Assembly (NCBI GenBank): GCA_036253495.1
Contig: GCA_036253495.1_4125.1
DNA length: 64,000 nucleotides
Reading direction: 5' to 3' (one strand)
From: a phage
Shown: piece by piece, positions 9,337-18,304 of the stretch
How the letters are laid out: every line of letters starts with the position of its first letter
Numbering within the stretch: position 1 is the first letter of the stretch
Notes under the pieces: generated by a model
What the model was told of the DNA's origin: nothing
What the model saw: the letters and a program-made list of their open reading frames with translations, nothing else
Database searches by the model: none
Position numbers and translations under genes: made by a program

Positions 9337-11763
9337 TTAAGCACTGATTGTTACAGTTGCAGTATCAGTTTTATTGCCATTCGCAGTAGTCACTGTAATG
9401 ACTACAGTACCTTCTTCTAGAGCAGTTACTAATCCATCATCACTAATAGATACTTTAGTAGGTTCATCTGCACTATAAGTTACTGATTTGTTAGTTGCGT
9501 TAGCTGGAAGAACTTCTGGAACTAGTTGAACTGTTTTAGTACCTGATAGTGAAAGATCAGTGGCTTTAGGTGTTAAACCAACGCTGGATACTGGTACTGG
9601 AATATTAACAGTTACAGCACATTTTGCAGTTTTTGCACCATCAGTAGTTTTTACAGTGATATCAGCAGTACCGTTTGCAACAGCAGTGATTAAACCACTT
9701 GCACTAACAGTTGCGACCCCAGCAGCAGAAGTACTATAAGTTACTGCTTTGTTAGTTGCATTAGCTGGTAGTACAGTTGGTGTTAGTTGTTGAGTTGCAC
9801 CAACAGATGTTAAAGTTGCTGTTGTTGGAGAAACAGAAACACTAGCTACAGGAACTGGGATTGACACAGTAATGACACCTTGACCTGTTTTACCACTTCC
9901 ATCAGCGGCAGTTGCGATAATGTTTGCAGTACCGTTAGTTAACGCAGTTACAACACCAGTACTAGCATCAACTTTCGCTACAGCAGGTGCACTAGAAGAC
10001 CATGTTACAGCTTTATTAGTTGCGTTAGCTGGAAGAACTTCAGCAGCCATTGCTTGAGTTGCGTTAACAGCAGTCAATGTTTTAGTTGCTGGTGTAACAT
10101 TAATAGTTGTTACTGGAACTGGAATTGCTACAGTTACTGCACAAACCGCAGTTTTTGCACCATCAGCGGTTGTTACGGTGATGTTAGCAGTGCCATTTGC
10201 TACAGCAGTTATCAATCCTGAAGTGCTAACAGTTGCTACACCCGCATTAGAAGTACTATAAGTTACTGCTTTATTGGTTGCATTAGTTGGTGCAACCGAT
10301 GGTGTTAGTTGTTGTGTTGCACCAACAGATCTTAAAGTTGCTGTTGTTGGAGAAACAGAAACACCAGTTACTGGTACTGGAATATTAACAGTTACAGCAC
10401 AAACTTTACTAAAGCCACCATCAGCAGTAGTAGCCGTGATATTAGCAGTGCCATTCGCTACCGCAGTGATTAAACCACTTGTACTAACGGTTGCAACACC
10501 AGCAGCAGAAGTTGCGTATGTTACTGCTTTGTTACGAGCATTAGCTGGTAGAACAGTTGCAGTTAATTGCTGTGTTGCACCAACAGAAGTTAATGAAGCG
10601 GTTGCAGGTGTTAGGTTAATACCAGTTACTGGGATCGTCACATCAATAATTGATTGTGCGGTTTTTTCACCATCAATAGTTGTTACGGTAATAGTGGCAG
10701 TACCATTATTAACAGAAGTTACTAAACCGTCATCATCAACTTCTGCTACTGTAGGTGCAGAAGATTCATAACGAACTTCCTGATTTGATGCAGTTCTTGG
10801 TAGTACCGTTGCTGTTAATGGTTCATTTGCACCAATAGTAGTGAATGTATATGTTTCAGGTGTTAACGTAACACCAGTTACTGCTGTTTGAACTTTAATA
10901 GAAGAAGTATCAGTAAATGAACCATCTTCAGATGTTGCAGTAATAGTAACATCACCATTGGATACACCTGTTACCAACCCAGAATCTTTATCAACTGTTG
11001 CAACGGATGGAGCAGATGAAGTCCATATAACTTTCTTGTCTGTTGCTGAGGCCGGAGTAACTTCAGCTAACAATTGTTGAGTTGACCCAACGTTTACAGT
11101 TGCAGATTTAGGAGAAACGGTAACACCAGTAACACCAGTACTGACAACGATAGAACACACATCTGTGAAATCACCATCGTGAGTTGTTACGGTTACATCA
11201 GCATTGCCATTTGCAAGTGCAGTTGCTAGACCTGTTTGAGCATCAACTTCAACGATTGTAGGAGCAGATGAAGAGTAGGTTACTGCCTTGTCTTTTGCAT
11301 TAGATGGAACTACTTGGGCTGATAGTTGTTTTGTTGCACCAACTTTAAGAGATGCATCTTTGGGTGTAATTACAACACCAGTTACGGGGATATCAGCATT
11401 AACATAATCGCGTTTTACGATACGACCATTATTTAATTTAATAACACGACCCATATAAAGCATAGTATACCCCATGCTAATACCATCATCAACATAGATC
11501 ATGAATGAATTGTCTTGAACCATATTAATTGCGTCTGCTGGTTCAACAGAATTTGGAATGTCGATACCACGAGTATCATACCAACGCATGGAAACTTTGT
11601 AATAGATATCACCATTATCATTGATGAGATCATACACGTTACCGGAACGTTGACGGTTAATATATAAAGTTTCCGTTAACACCTTACCATCGATTTTAGC
11701 GACAGAAACTTTAATACCACCAATACCAAAAGGCAATTTACCTTCACTAGATATTGCTTTCAT
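9337..11763 (-). CDS. Ig-like (Big_2-type) repeat protein with paralog N-terminal domain
   Basis: 808 aa; N-terminal ~130 aa paralogous domain followed by at least 9 tandem ~88-aa repeats (VTGV..P....L.VG.T.QL...V.P.NAT.K.V.Y.SS...VATV...GL.TAV..G.A.IT..T.DG). Confidence 0.7.
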   Translation of the reverse strand: MKAISSEGKLPFGIGGIKVSVAKIDGKVLTETLYINRQRSGNVYDLINDNGDIYYKVSMRWYDTRGIDIPNSVEPADAINMVQDNSFMIYVDDGISMGYTMLYMGRVIKLNNGRIVKRDYVNADIPVTGVVITPKDASLKVGATKQLSAQVVPSNAKDKAVTYSSSAPTIVEVDAQTGLATALANGNADVTVTTHDGDFTDVCSIVVSTGVTGVTVSPKSATVNVGSTQQLLAEVTPASATDKKVIWTSSAPSVATVDKDSGLVTGVSNGDVTITATSEDGSFTDTSSIKVQTAVTGVTLTPETYTFTTIGANEPLTATVLPRTASNQEVRYESSAPTVAEVDDDGLVTSVNNGTATITVTTIDGEKTAQSIIDVTIPVTGINLTPATASLTSVGATQQLTATVLPANARNKAVTYATSAAGVATVSTSGLITAVANGTANITATTADGGFSKVCAVTVNIPVPVTGVSVSPTTATLRSVGATQQLTPSVAPTNATNKAVTYSTSNAGVATVSTSGLITAVANGTANITVTTADGAKTAVCAVTVAIPVPVTTINVTPATKTLTAVNATQAMAAEVLPANATNKAVTWSSSAPAVAKVDASTGVVTALTNGTANIIATAADGSGKTGQGVITVSIPVPVASVSVSPTTATLTSVGATQQLTPTVLPANATNKAVTYSTSAAGVATVSASGLITAVANGTADITVKTTDGAKTAKCAVTVNIPVPVSSVGLTPKATDLSLSGTKTVQLVPEVLPANATNKSVTYSADEPTKVSISDDGLVTALEEGTVVITVTTANGNKTDTATVTISA
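9400..10780 (-). repeat. tandem ~261-264 bp DNA repeats encoding Ig-like domains
   Basis: Near-identical segments such as GTTACTGCTTTGTTAGTTGCATTAGCTGGTAG recur at about 9478, 9738, 10003, 10261, 10520. Confidence 0.65.
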
Positions 11764-11829
11764 ATACTTTCCTTTATAAATTGTATTGTAGTGTTATATT
11801 ATTTATATTATACCAAAAGTATTTTAGGA

Positions 11830-11857
11830 TTAAAAAAAGGAGTCCGAAGACTCCTTA
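11830..11857 (-). terminator. intrinsic terminator (minus strand) downstream of 11868-12383
   Basis: Hairpin AAGGAGTC-CGAA-GACTCCTT followed on the minus strand by a U-run. Confidence 0.55.
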
Positions 11858-11867
11858 AAATATAAAG

Positions 11868-12383
11868 TTATTGGAAACGAGCATACGGTGGGAATCTGGT
11901 TTGGTCAGGCCAATCTTTCGGAGAGAAGTAAGCAGTGAATTGCATTTTATCATTTGAATAAAGAACAAAATCATCTGGCTTTATTATAACTTTAGACAAC
12001 GAATTTGGCTCCACGTTCGTTCTTCTGAAAATTATTTCACCATTATGTAATTTTATTTTATTACTTTGATATTGAATACCAAAACCATACTTATTATTAA
12101 TAGCATCAGCTTCTTTTATGCAAAATGTATTATTTGCTAAAGATTTAGCAATTTCAGCATCGTCATCATCATACAACAATGTTGATTTATCTTTATTTCT
12201 ACCTGTGATTTTTATATCTTTGTAAATCTTGAAATTTTCAGATATTAAATCATATGAATCGAATGTTCTTTGTTTTATAACATACAATTCTTTAACAAAT
12301 ACTTGCCCTTCTATCTTTGCAGCAGTAACCTGCAATCCACCTATAACAAATGGAAATTGATCTAAGCCAGCTATTGGTTTCAT
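11868..12383 (-). CDS. paralog C of inverted cassette
   Basis: 171 aa; shares N-terminal domain with 8902-9276 and 9337-11763; SD AAGGAGATG on minus strand. Confidence 0.55.
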   Translation of the reverse strand: MKPIAGLDQFPFVIGGLQVTAAKIEGQVFVKELYVIKQRTFDSYDLISENFKIYKDIKITGRNKDKSTLLYDDDDAEIAKSLANNTFCIKEADAINNKYGFGIQYQSNKIKLHNGEIIFRRTNVEPNSLSKVIIKPDDFVLYSNDKMQFTAYFSPKDWPDQTRFPPYARFQ

Positions 12384-12581
12384 AACATCTCCTTACCTTA
12401 AAAATGGGATTGTAAACTGCCTCCCAATATGATACCATAGTTCAAATGGTCAATTGGTAAATCAATGAACTTAACAAAAACACTTGATACTACAGTCATA
12501 ATTGTTCAGTTTTGCACTTGACATAATTGATCAATTATTGTACTATTATTTATGTTCCTTAACTCAAATCCGAGGTAATCA

Positions 12582-13187
12582 ATGAAACGAATCTTGAAAG
12601 AGATTGTACAAACCGTTGTTTTAATCGCTGCATTAAACTTTCCGGCAGCGGCAGAAGTTTCAAAAAAATCATCTGTTTTTCTATTAAATGAACATGTTGT
12701 GTCAATTGATGGTGAACTAAATGATGAAACTGTACAAGAAGTGAAGAAGTTGTGGAAAGAAACAAGATTTAAAATTTTAACAATTACATCACCTGGTGGA
12801 GATTTTGATGCAGGATTAGATTTGGGATTGTTTGTGGCTGCTAAAAAGTTAACTGTTTATGTCCCAAAGCAATGTAATTCGTCTTGTAGTCTGGTTTTTT
12901 TCTCTGCATCATCTGAACGTAGGGATATGAGTGATACCGCAGTGATGGGTTTACATAACATCTCACTAGTATCTACGAATGGTGCAGATCCAGATACGAC
13001 ATTCGTTTCAGTTAGACAGTTGATGGAGTTTACACATCAAGTCTCAACTAAAGTTGGGTATCTTTTTACACTGTACGCACATAACGGTATCCCCGCTGAA
13101 ACACTCATTGATATCAGTACTAAACATGGTGAGGATATCGTTGTCTTACGAAGATCAGATCTCGTTAAATGGGGAATCATTCAATAA
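12582..13187 (+). CDS. secreted ClpP/S49-like protein (putative protease, catalytic residues uncertain)
   Basis: N-terminal signal-peptide-like segment; ITSPGGDFDAGLDLGLF resembles the ClpP/SppA SPGG motif. Confidence 0.45.
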   Translation: MKRILKEIVQTVVLIAALNFPAAAEVSKKSSVFLLNEHVVSIDGELNDETVQEVKKLWKETRFKILTITSPGGDFDAGLDLGLFVAAKKLTVYVPKQCNSSCSLVFFSASSERRDMSDTAVMGLHNISLVSTNGADPDTTFVSVRQLMEFTHQVSTKVGYLFTLYAHNGIPAETLIDISTKHGEDIVVLRRSDLVKWGIIQ

Positions 13188-13314
13188 AAAGTTGTATTTT
13201 TTATGAAGCAATGATATAATCCTAATACTAATTCATGATTTTGGTTAAGGGTGGTGTACTGCCACCCGATTTTAAGATATAATGGTTGTACATTATCAAC
13301 CAAGGAAACAAAAA

Positions 13315-13578
13315 ATGACAGAATTATCACATCTTCAAGGCTGGACAGAGTTCATCTTCTATGCTACTATAGTTACATATGGAATCATTGTTCTTTTATC
13401 AGTGATTATGGCAAGTGATTTCAAGAGTGGTTTTCTTGAAGAAAATGGTGAGTTTTCTTCTAAAACTGAAAAGTACTTTTATTATTTCTTTAAAATTTCG
13501 TATACAATTTTACTCATAATTTTGGGTTTACTATTGTATTTCATGTACACAATCTTAGATGTAATGCATCTTTTATAA
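13315..13578 (+). CDS. small membrane protein
   Basis: Two hydrophobic helices; ATG at 13315 with SD AAGGAAA (track start 13282). Confidence 0.35.
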   Translation: MTELSHLQGWTEFIFYATIVTYGIIVLLSVIMASDFKSGFLEENGEFSSKTEKYFYYFFKISYTILLIILGLLLYFMYTILDVMHLL

Positions 13579-13589
13579 CGGAGATATCA

Positions 13590-14192
13590 ATGACTTGTAT
13601 TATTGCTTACACTGATGGTAACACATCTTTTATCGCGGGTGACAAACTGGGTAGTAATGGTTTCACTAAAGCAATTCAAACTGAACCAAAAGTGTTTGAA
13701 AAAGAATTCATCAAAATCGATGAAAGTGGATTGAATCGCACCAAAGAAGTTATGGCAATGGGATACACGTCGAGCTTCCGCATGGGACAATTGCTGACGT
13801 ATAAACTTGATTTACCTGAACAGCAATCAAACCAAACATTCTCACAGTACTTAGTACTTGAGGTAATCCCACGTATTCGCACACTCTTCAAAGAAGAATG
13901 GGGTGCTCGTGATACAACTCAAGACGTTGGTGGTGGACAGTTTATTATTCTCCACAATCATACAATTTATGAAGTTCAAGAGGATTTTTCAGTACTCCAA
14001 CCTAAGACACAAATTACATCTGTTGGTAGTGGTACATATCATGCAATTGCAGCTATGCAAGCATATATTGAAGTTCAAAAAGAAACAGGTGTTAAGATGG
14101 TTGATCGCACCGATTCTATCTTCAAAATTGTAAGTGATAATGTTACCAGCGTTAGTGCTGAGTATGATTTACTAAGCTATCCTAAGCTGTAA
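13590..14192 (+). CDS. HslV/proteasome-like Ntn-hydrolase family protein
   Basis: N-terminus MTCIIAYTDGNTSFIAGD resembles HslV TTIV...IAGDG; later ITSVGSGTYHAIAAMQA resembles HslV GSGG.YA.AAA. Confidence 0.5.
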   Translation: MTCIIAYTDGNTSFIAGDKLGSNGFTKAIQTEPKVFEKEFIKIDESGLNRTKEVMAMGYTSSFRMGQLLTYKLDLPEQQSNQTFSQYLVLEVIPRIRTLFKEEWGARDTTQDVGGGQFIILHNHTIYEVQEDFSVLQPKTQITSVGSGTYHAIAAMQAYIEVQKETGVKMVDRTDSIFKIVSDNVTSVSAEYDLLSYPKL

Positions 14193-14199
14193 TACAAAA

Positions 14200-14226
14200 A
14201 AGGGGATTCTTATAATCCCCTATATT
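14200..14226 (+). terminator. intrinsic terminator-like hairpin (GGGGATT-CTTAT-AATCCCC)
   Basis: Perfect 7-bp stem after stop of 13590-14192; weak U-tract. Confidence 0.45.
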
Positions 14227-14252
14227 AATTTAATAAGGAGAGTATTATAACT

Positions 14253-14465
14253 ATGATAACTATCAATTACTTTTCACTATGCTTTGTTTATTTTGTTGTT
14301 GTATTTCTAGCAGTTGTAGCGTACAATAATATTAAATGTATATATAAAATTATCAAAAACAAAGAGAAATTCAATGGATGGATGATATATCACATTGTCA
14401 TCTCGGTTGTGTGTATCTTATTTGTATACGATTTGAGTTCATTAGGTACAGTAGGTAAGCTATGA
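14253..14465 (+). CDS. small membrane protein
   Basis: 70 aa, hydrophobic; stop overlaps start of Sir2 gene. Confidence 0.35.
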   Translation: MITINYFSLCFVYFVVVFLAVVAYNNIKCIYKIIKNKEKFNGWMIYHIVISVVCILFVYDLSSLGTVGKL

Positions 14466-15214
14466 TTTCTGACTCTTTTATAAAAAATAAAGGTAATAAA
14501 CGTGTATTGGTTATTTCCGGTGCAGGTCTATCCGTTGAAAGTGGGATGGAACCGTTTCGCATGGACGATGGCCTATGGGATCAATTTCAAATAAATGATG
14601 TATGTAACATTGCACGTCTTAGTACTAAGTATCATTTAGTACACACTTTCTATAATACATTACGTGTTAAAATGAAAGATTGTGTTCCTAATGATATGCA
14701 TTATTATATCAAATCTATAGAAGATACATACGGTGATAACTTTTTACATATGACTTCGAATATGGATGATCTCTATACTCGTATTGGTGGCAATGAATTA
14801 AAGTTACATGGTAATTTAAAAGAAGTTATTGAGAATTTTACAATTGGTGGTGACGATTATAGTATTGTGGATTGTGGTTATGAACCGTACATTCCGAAAG
14901 AAGGTGTCTTTGCGAAACCAAACGTAGTGTTCATTGGTGAATATTATCGTTATGTTGATGGTGAAAAACTCCCAATATACGATGAGCGTAATTTAGTATT
15001 GCAATCCTTAACAGAAGATGATACAGTTGTAGTCATTGGTAGCAGTGACACAGTACTGAAATGGTCACATCTGGTTGCGTGTTTACCATGCTTTAGTGTT
15101 AATATCAACATCAGAAAAAATGATAACGATTTCATGTTCAATGAAAAAATTATAAAACCAGCTACAAAAGCGATTCCAGTACTGGAAACTATCATTAAGG
15201 ATAGAATGAAATGA
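14462..15214 (+). CDS. Sir2-family (sirtuin-like) NAD-dependent protein
   Basis: Motifs GAGLSVESGMEPFR, TSNMDDLY, LHG, PNVVFIGE, IGSSDTV in sirtuin order; no Zn-ribbon CxxC seen. Confidence 0.7.
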   Translation: MISDSFIKNKGNKRVLVISGAGLSVESGMEPFRMDDGLWDQFQINDVCNIARLSTKYHLVHTFYNTLRVKMKDCVPNDMHYYIKSIEDTYGDNFLHMTSNMDDLYTRIGGNELKLHGNLKEVIENFTIGGDDYSIVDCGYEPYIPKEGVFAKPNVVFIGEYYRYVDGEKLPIYDERNLVLQSLTEDDTVVVIGSSDTVLKWSHLVACLPCFSVNINIRKNDNDFMFNEKIIKPATKAIPVLETIIKDRMK

Positions 15215-15759
15215 TTCGAGAAGTACCTCTAGGTGAGTATGGTAAACGAGCAAACTTTGTATTCTGTTACTTCTTTGCTCGAAATTGTAACCCATATAAA
15301 GGTTATGATTTAAATGATATCCCTGTTGTGAATCTGGTATTACTCCAGCTTCGTTGGGATGGTTTACTGGGTGGTTGTGGTGGAACAGTTGAAGATACCG
15401 ATGCCACCTTAGAAGATGCACTATTCCGTGAAATTCAGGAAGAGATGGATTATAATATTTTCATCGAACAACTGAAACCATTGAAAACTTACGAACTATA
15501 TCCAGGAGCACATACTCATAGCTATAGTTATGAAGTTACTTACGAAGAATTGAAAGCGATTCGCGATGGATACTGTACTGCTAAACATGCAAGTGCAGAA
15601 GTGGCTGGTGTTAATTTATGTCACATTTCTCGTTATTCAAAGGGACAAAACCGAGAAGCAGGATATAATAATCTTATGACACAAAACTTCATAGGAACTG
15701 CTAAAATGGAATTAGAACATCTTGTTCAATCCGAGAATTTACTGATTAGTTACTTATAA
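15211..15759 (+). CDS. hypothetical protein with divergent Nudix-like box
   Basis: GGTVEDTDATLEDALFREIQEE approximates the Nudix box with one extra residue; ATG overlaps Sir2 stop (ATGA). Confidence 0.4.
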   Translation: MIREVPLGEYGKRANFVFCYFFARNCNPYKGYDLNDIPVVNLVLLQLRWDGLLGGCGGTVEDTDATLEDALFREIQEEMDYNIFIEQLKPLKTYELYPGAHTHSYSYEVTYEELKAIRDGYCTAKHASAEVAGVNLCHISRYSKGQNREAGYNNLMTQNFIGTAKMELEHLVQSENLLISYL

Positions 15760-15770
15760 GGTGAATTATA

Positions 15771-16103
15771 ATGTCTTACTCAATGTTTCTGGATGATATT
15801 CGTGATCCTGAAAAGTATTATCCAAATCAAAACATGGTTTTATGTCGTGATTATGAAAGTGCATGTGCTTATGTAAATGAACATGGTTTACCACAATTTA
15901 TTAGCTTCGATCATGACTTAGGTGATGTTGGGGAGGATGAAAAAACAGGGTATTCATTTGCAAAATTTCTAATTGATTATATGGTCGAAAACAATATCAG
16001 TACTGGATTCGATTATATTATTCATAGCAGTAATCCTGTAGGGAAGGTCAACATTGACACATACTTACAGAATGGTTTTAGATTTTTGAGAGGGGACAAT
16101 TGA
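15771..16103 (+). CDS. hypothetical protein
   Basis: 110 aa ORF, SD AAGGTG. Confidence 0.45.
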   Translation: MSYSMFLDDIRDPEKYYPNQNMVLCRDYESACAYVNEHGLPQFISFDHDLGDVGEDEKTGYSFAKFLIDYMVENNISTGFDYIIHSSNPVGKVNIDTYLQNGFRFLRGDN

Positions 16104-16399
16104 CAAAACATCATATACAAAGCTTTATAATCACAAGTGTTATATTTCTTGTTGTGTTTTGGTTCTTCTATCATCAAGATCAAACCAAGCACCGAAATAT
16201 ATACTACCGTACTGCTGTTGTTACTGACATAGGGCAGTGTGAAGAAAATACATGTTCATTTACTTATAAGACTGAAGATGGGTCTATTAAGTATGGAGCA
16301 TCAAGGAAACCAGTTTCAGTTGGGCAAATTGTTTACAATGAATGCTGGACAGAAAAGGCTCGCGGTCACCGCTGCTACGTTGACTATGAGCCACAATAA
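16100..16399 (+). CDS. hypothetical membrane protein (TTG start)
   Basis: 99 aa, N-terminal TM helix; TTG start overlapping upstream stop. Confidence 0.35.
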   Translation: MTKHHIQSFIITSVIFLVVFWFFYHQDQTKHRNIYYRTAVVTDIGQCEENTCSFTYKTEDGSIKYGASRKPVSVGQIVYNECWTEKARGHRCYVDYEPQ

Positions 16400-16463
16400 G
16401 AAGTGTCTGAGTCTATAATCTACCGTAGAGCACAAGGATGTGCTCATAACTCAAGGATGTTTT

Positions 16464-17903
16464 ATGAAAAAATACACAATTGACACAAACGTACTACTAT
16501 CCGATCCAAATGCAACCGTAGCATTTGATGGGGCAGCAGTGATTCTACCATTCACTGTTCTTGAAGAACTTGATTCAATCAAGAGCCGTAATGTTGACGT
16601 ATCACGTGATGCACGTTTCGCAATCCGTAACATCGATGCAATTCTGAAAGATGCTACTCATGAAGAAATCAGCAGTACTGGTGTTAATATTGCCAATATC
16701 CACAAAAATATGGATGCATCCAGTAAGCTATTCGTTATGACGAATGAAGAAGCTGAAGCACTTATTCGTATGGGCGGCAGTGAAGATAAAGTAGAAACTC
16801 TACTTAAAAGTACTGTACCAGATGACAAAATCATTCTAGTGGCTTTGGCATCACAATCAGTACTGGTAACTCGCGACATTAACATGCGTATCAAAGCAAT
16901 GAGCTACGGTGTTGAGGTACAAGATTACCGTCATGACGTTGCAATCGAAGATAGTGAGTTGATTCATATTGGTCAGCACCACCTTGATATTGATTTCTGG
17001 AAAACATTCAGTGAAGTTAATAATGCTGAAATTAAATCCCAACAAGAAGGTCGCCGTCTATATCACTATATTCCAACCGCATTGATTCAAGATGTTCTAC
17101 CAGATAATCTATGTATTGGTGATTATCTATATGATAATGCTGATGTACTATTCGTATACGAAGGTCAATCTGCTATCGAAGAAGAAGACGGTTCACTAAC
17201 ACCTGAAGATATTTTGGTATTCCAGGATATTGGTCAAAGTATCGCTCTTCGTGCTAAAGTTTGGGATATTAAAGCAAAGAATATTCAACAGGCACTAGCA
17301 ATTAACAGTATTCTTGACCCTGATGTACATTTGACAGTACTACTCGGTTCAGCAGGTACTGGTAAAACATTGATTACTGTTGCTACTTCACTCGAATTAG
17401 TGCTGGAAAAACGTAAATACGATCGTATAATCTTCTCCAAAACACAAGATTCTCAATTTGAAGAAATTGGTTTCTTGCCTGGTTCTGAAGCTGAAAAGGT
17501 CATCCCATTCTGTGGGGCTGCAATCGATGCTCTAGAGTATCTACACAAAGATGATGCTAACCCACAAGGTAGCATTGAAGAGATTCTCAAACGTAACGTA
17601 ATGCAGTTTAAAGCATTGAACTTTATTCGTGGTCGTTCTTTCACTAATACAATTCTAATTGTAGATGAATTCCAGAACATCACCCCTGCACAGGCAAAGA
17701 CTATTCTTACCCGTGCTGGACAAAACTGTAAGGTTATCATTATGGGTAACTTAGCACAGATTGATAGTAAGTTTATTAGTCCAGTGAACAGTGGTTTGAC
17801 ATATGTAACTGAAAAATTCAAAGATTGGGAAGGTTGCCGTATCATTGAATTGGAAGGTGTAGTACGTTCTGCACTCGCTGAGTTTGCAGAAGAAAATATG
17901 TAA
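16464..17903 (+). CDS. phoH: PIN-domain / PhoH-like ATPase fusion
   Basis: N-terminal PIN-like segment KKYTIDTNVLL; Walker A LLGSAGTGKTL; ATG at 16464 preferred over track start 16440. Confidence 0.78.
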   Translation: MKKYTIDTNVLLSDPNATVAFDGAAVILPFTVLEELDSIKSRNVDVSRDARFAIRNIDAILKDATHEEISSTGVNIANIHKNMDASSKLFVMTNEEAEALIRMGGSEDKVETLLKSTVPDDKIILVALASQSVLVTRDINMRIKAMSYGVEVQDYRHDVAIEDSELIHIGQHHLDIDFWKTFSEVNNAEIKSQQEGRRLYHYIPTALIQDVLPDNLCIGDYLYDNADVLFVYEGQSAIEEEDGSLTPEDILVFQDIGQSIALRAKVWDIKAKNIQQALAINSILDPDVHLTVLLGSAGTGKTLITVATSLELVLEKRKYDRIIFSKTQDSQFEEIGFLPGSEAEKVIPFCGAAIDALEYLHKDDANPQGSIEEILKRNVMQFKALNFIRGRSFTNTILIVDEFQNITPAQAKTILTRAGQNCKVIIMGNLAQIDSKFISPVNSGLTYVTEKFKDWEGCRIIELEGVVRSALAEFAEENM

Positions 17904-17910
17904 TCTATTA

Positions 17911-17939
17911 TTGACATTAAATGTGTTCATTGCTATAAT
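17911..17939 (+). promoter_or_regulatory. consensus sigma70-type promoter (TTGACA-17nt-TATAAT)
   Basis: TTGACA 17911-17916, 17-nt spacer, TATAAT 17934-17939; inverted repeat GTGTTCAT/ATGAACAC straddles the -10. Confidence 0.6.
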
Positions 17940-17971
17940 GAACACACCATTATCGAAGAAGGAAGTAAATC

Positions 17972-18160
17972 ATGGCTAAACAACCTAAGAAAAAAGAACC
18001 AGAAGTTAAAGTTAAAAAAGTGAAAGTTATTCAATCCAAAGAACAACGCACTTATGAGCTACGTAAAGCTGAAACTTTAAGTGGGCTTCAGTCTCTACGT
18101 AAGCAAGGTGTACTAACACGTGCACAATATCGTGAACTGGTTGCACAAAAAGGTTTTTGA
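17972..18160 (+). CDS. small basic protein
   Basis: 62 aa, Lys-rich N-terminus; SD AAGGAAG. Confidence 0.45.
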   Translation: MAKQPKKKEPEVKVKKVKVIQSKEQRTYELRKAETLSGLQSLRKQGVLTRAQYRELVAQKGF

Positions 18161-18304
18161 TTTAACGCGTTTTTTTGGAGTTCTTAATAAATACTTTCAT
18201 AAGAATAATAATACTTTTTATGAATTTAAAAAGAACTCCATGTGTTATTTCAGTAAGTTTTTCATCCCTGTCAATTGGCAGGGATTTTTTATTGGTGGTA
18301 AACT

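Noticed and set aside
10274-10771. 165-aa ORF on the + strand inside the Ig-repeat gene
   Set aside because: It is the antisense reading of a repetitive Ala/Thr/Val-rich coding region, with no start signals and fully contained in the better-supported minus-strand gene.
9400-10780. CRISPR-like array suggested by regular repeats
   Set aside because: The repeats are about 261-264 bp protein-coding Ig-domain units inside one ORF, not short repeats separated by unique spacers.
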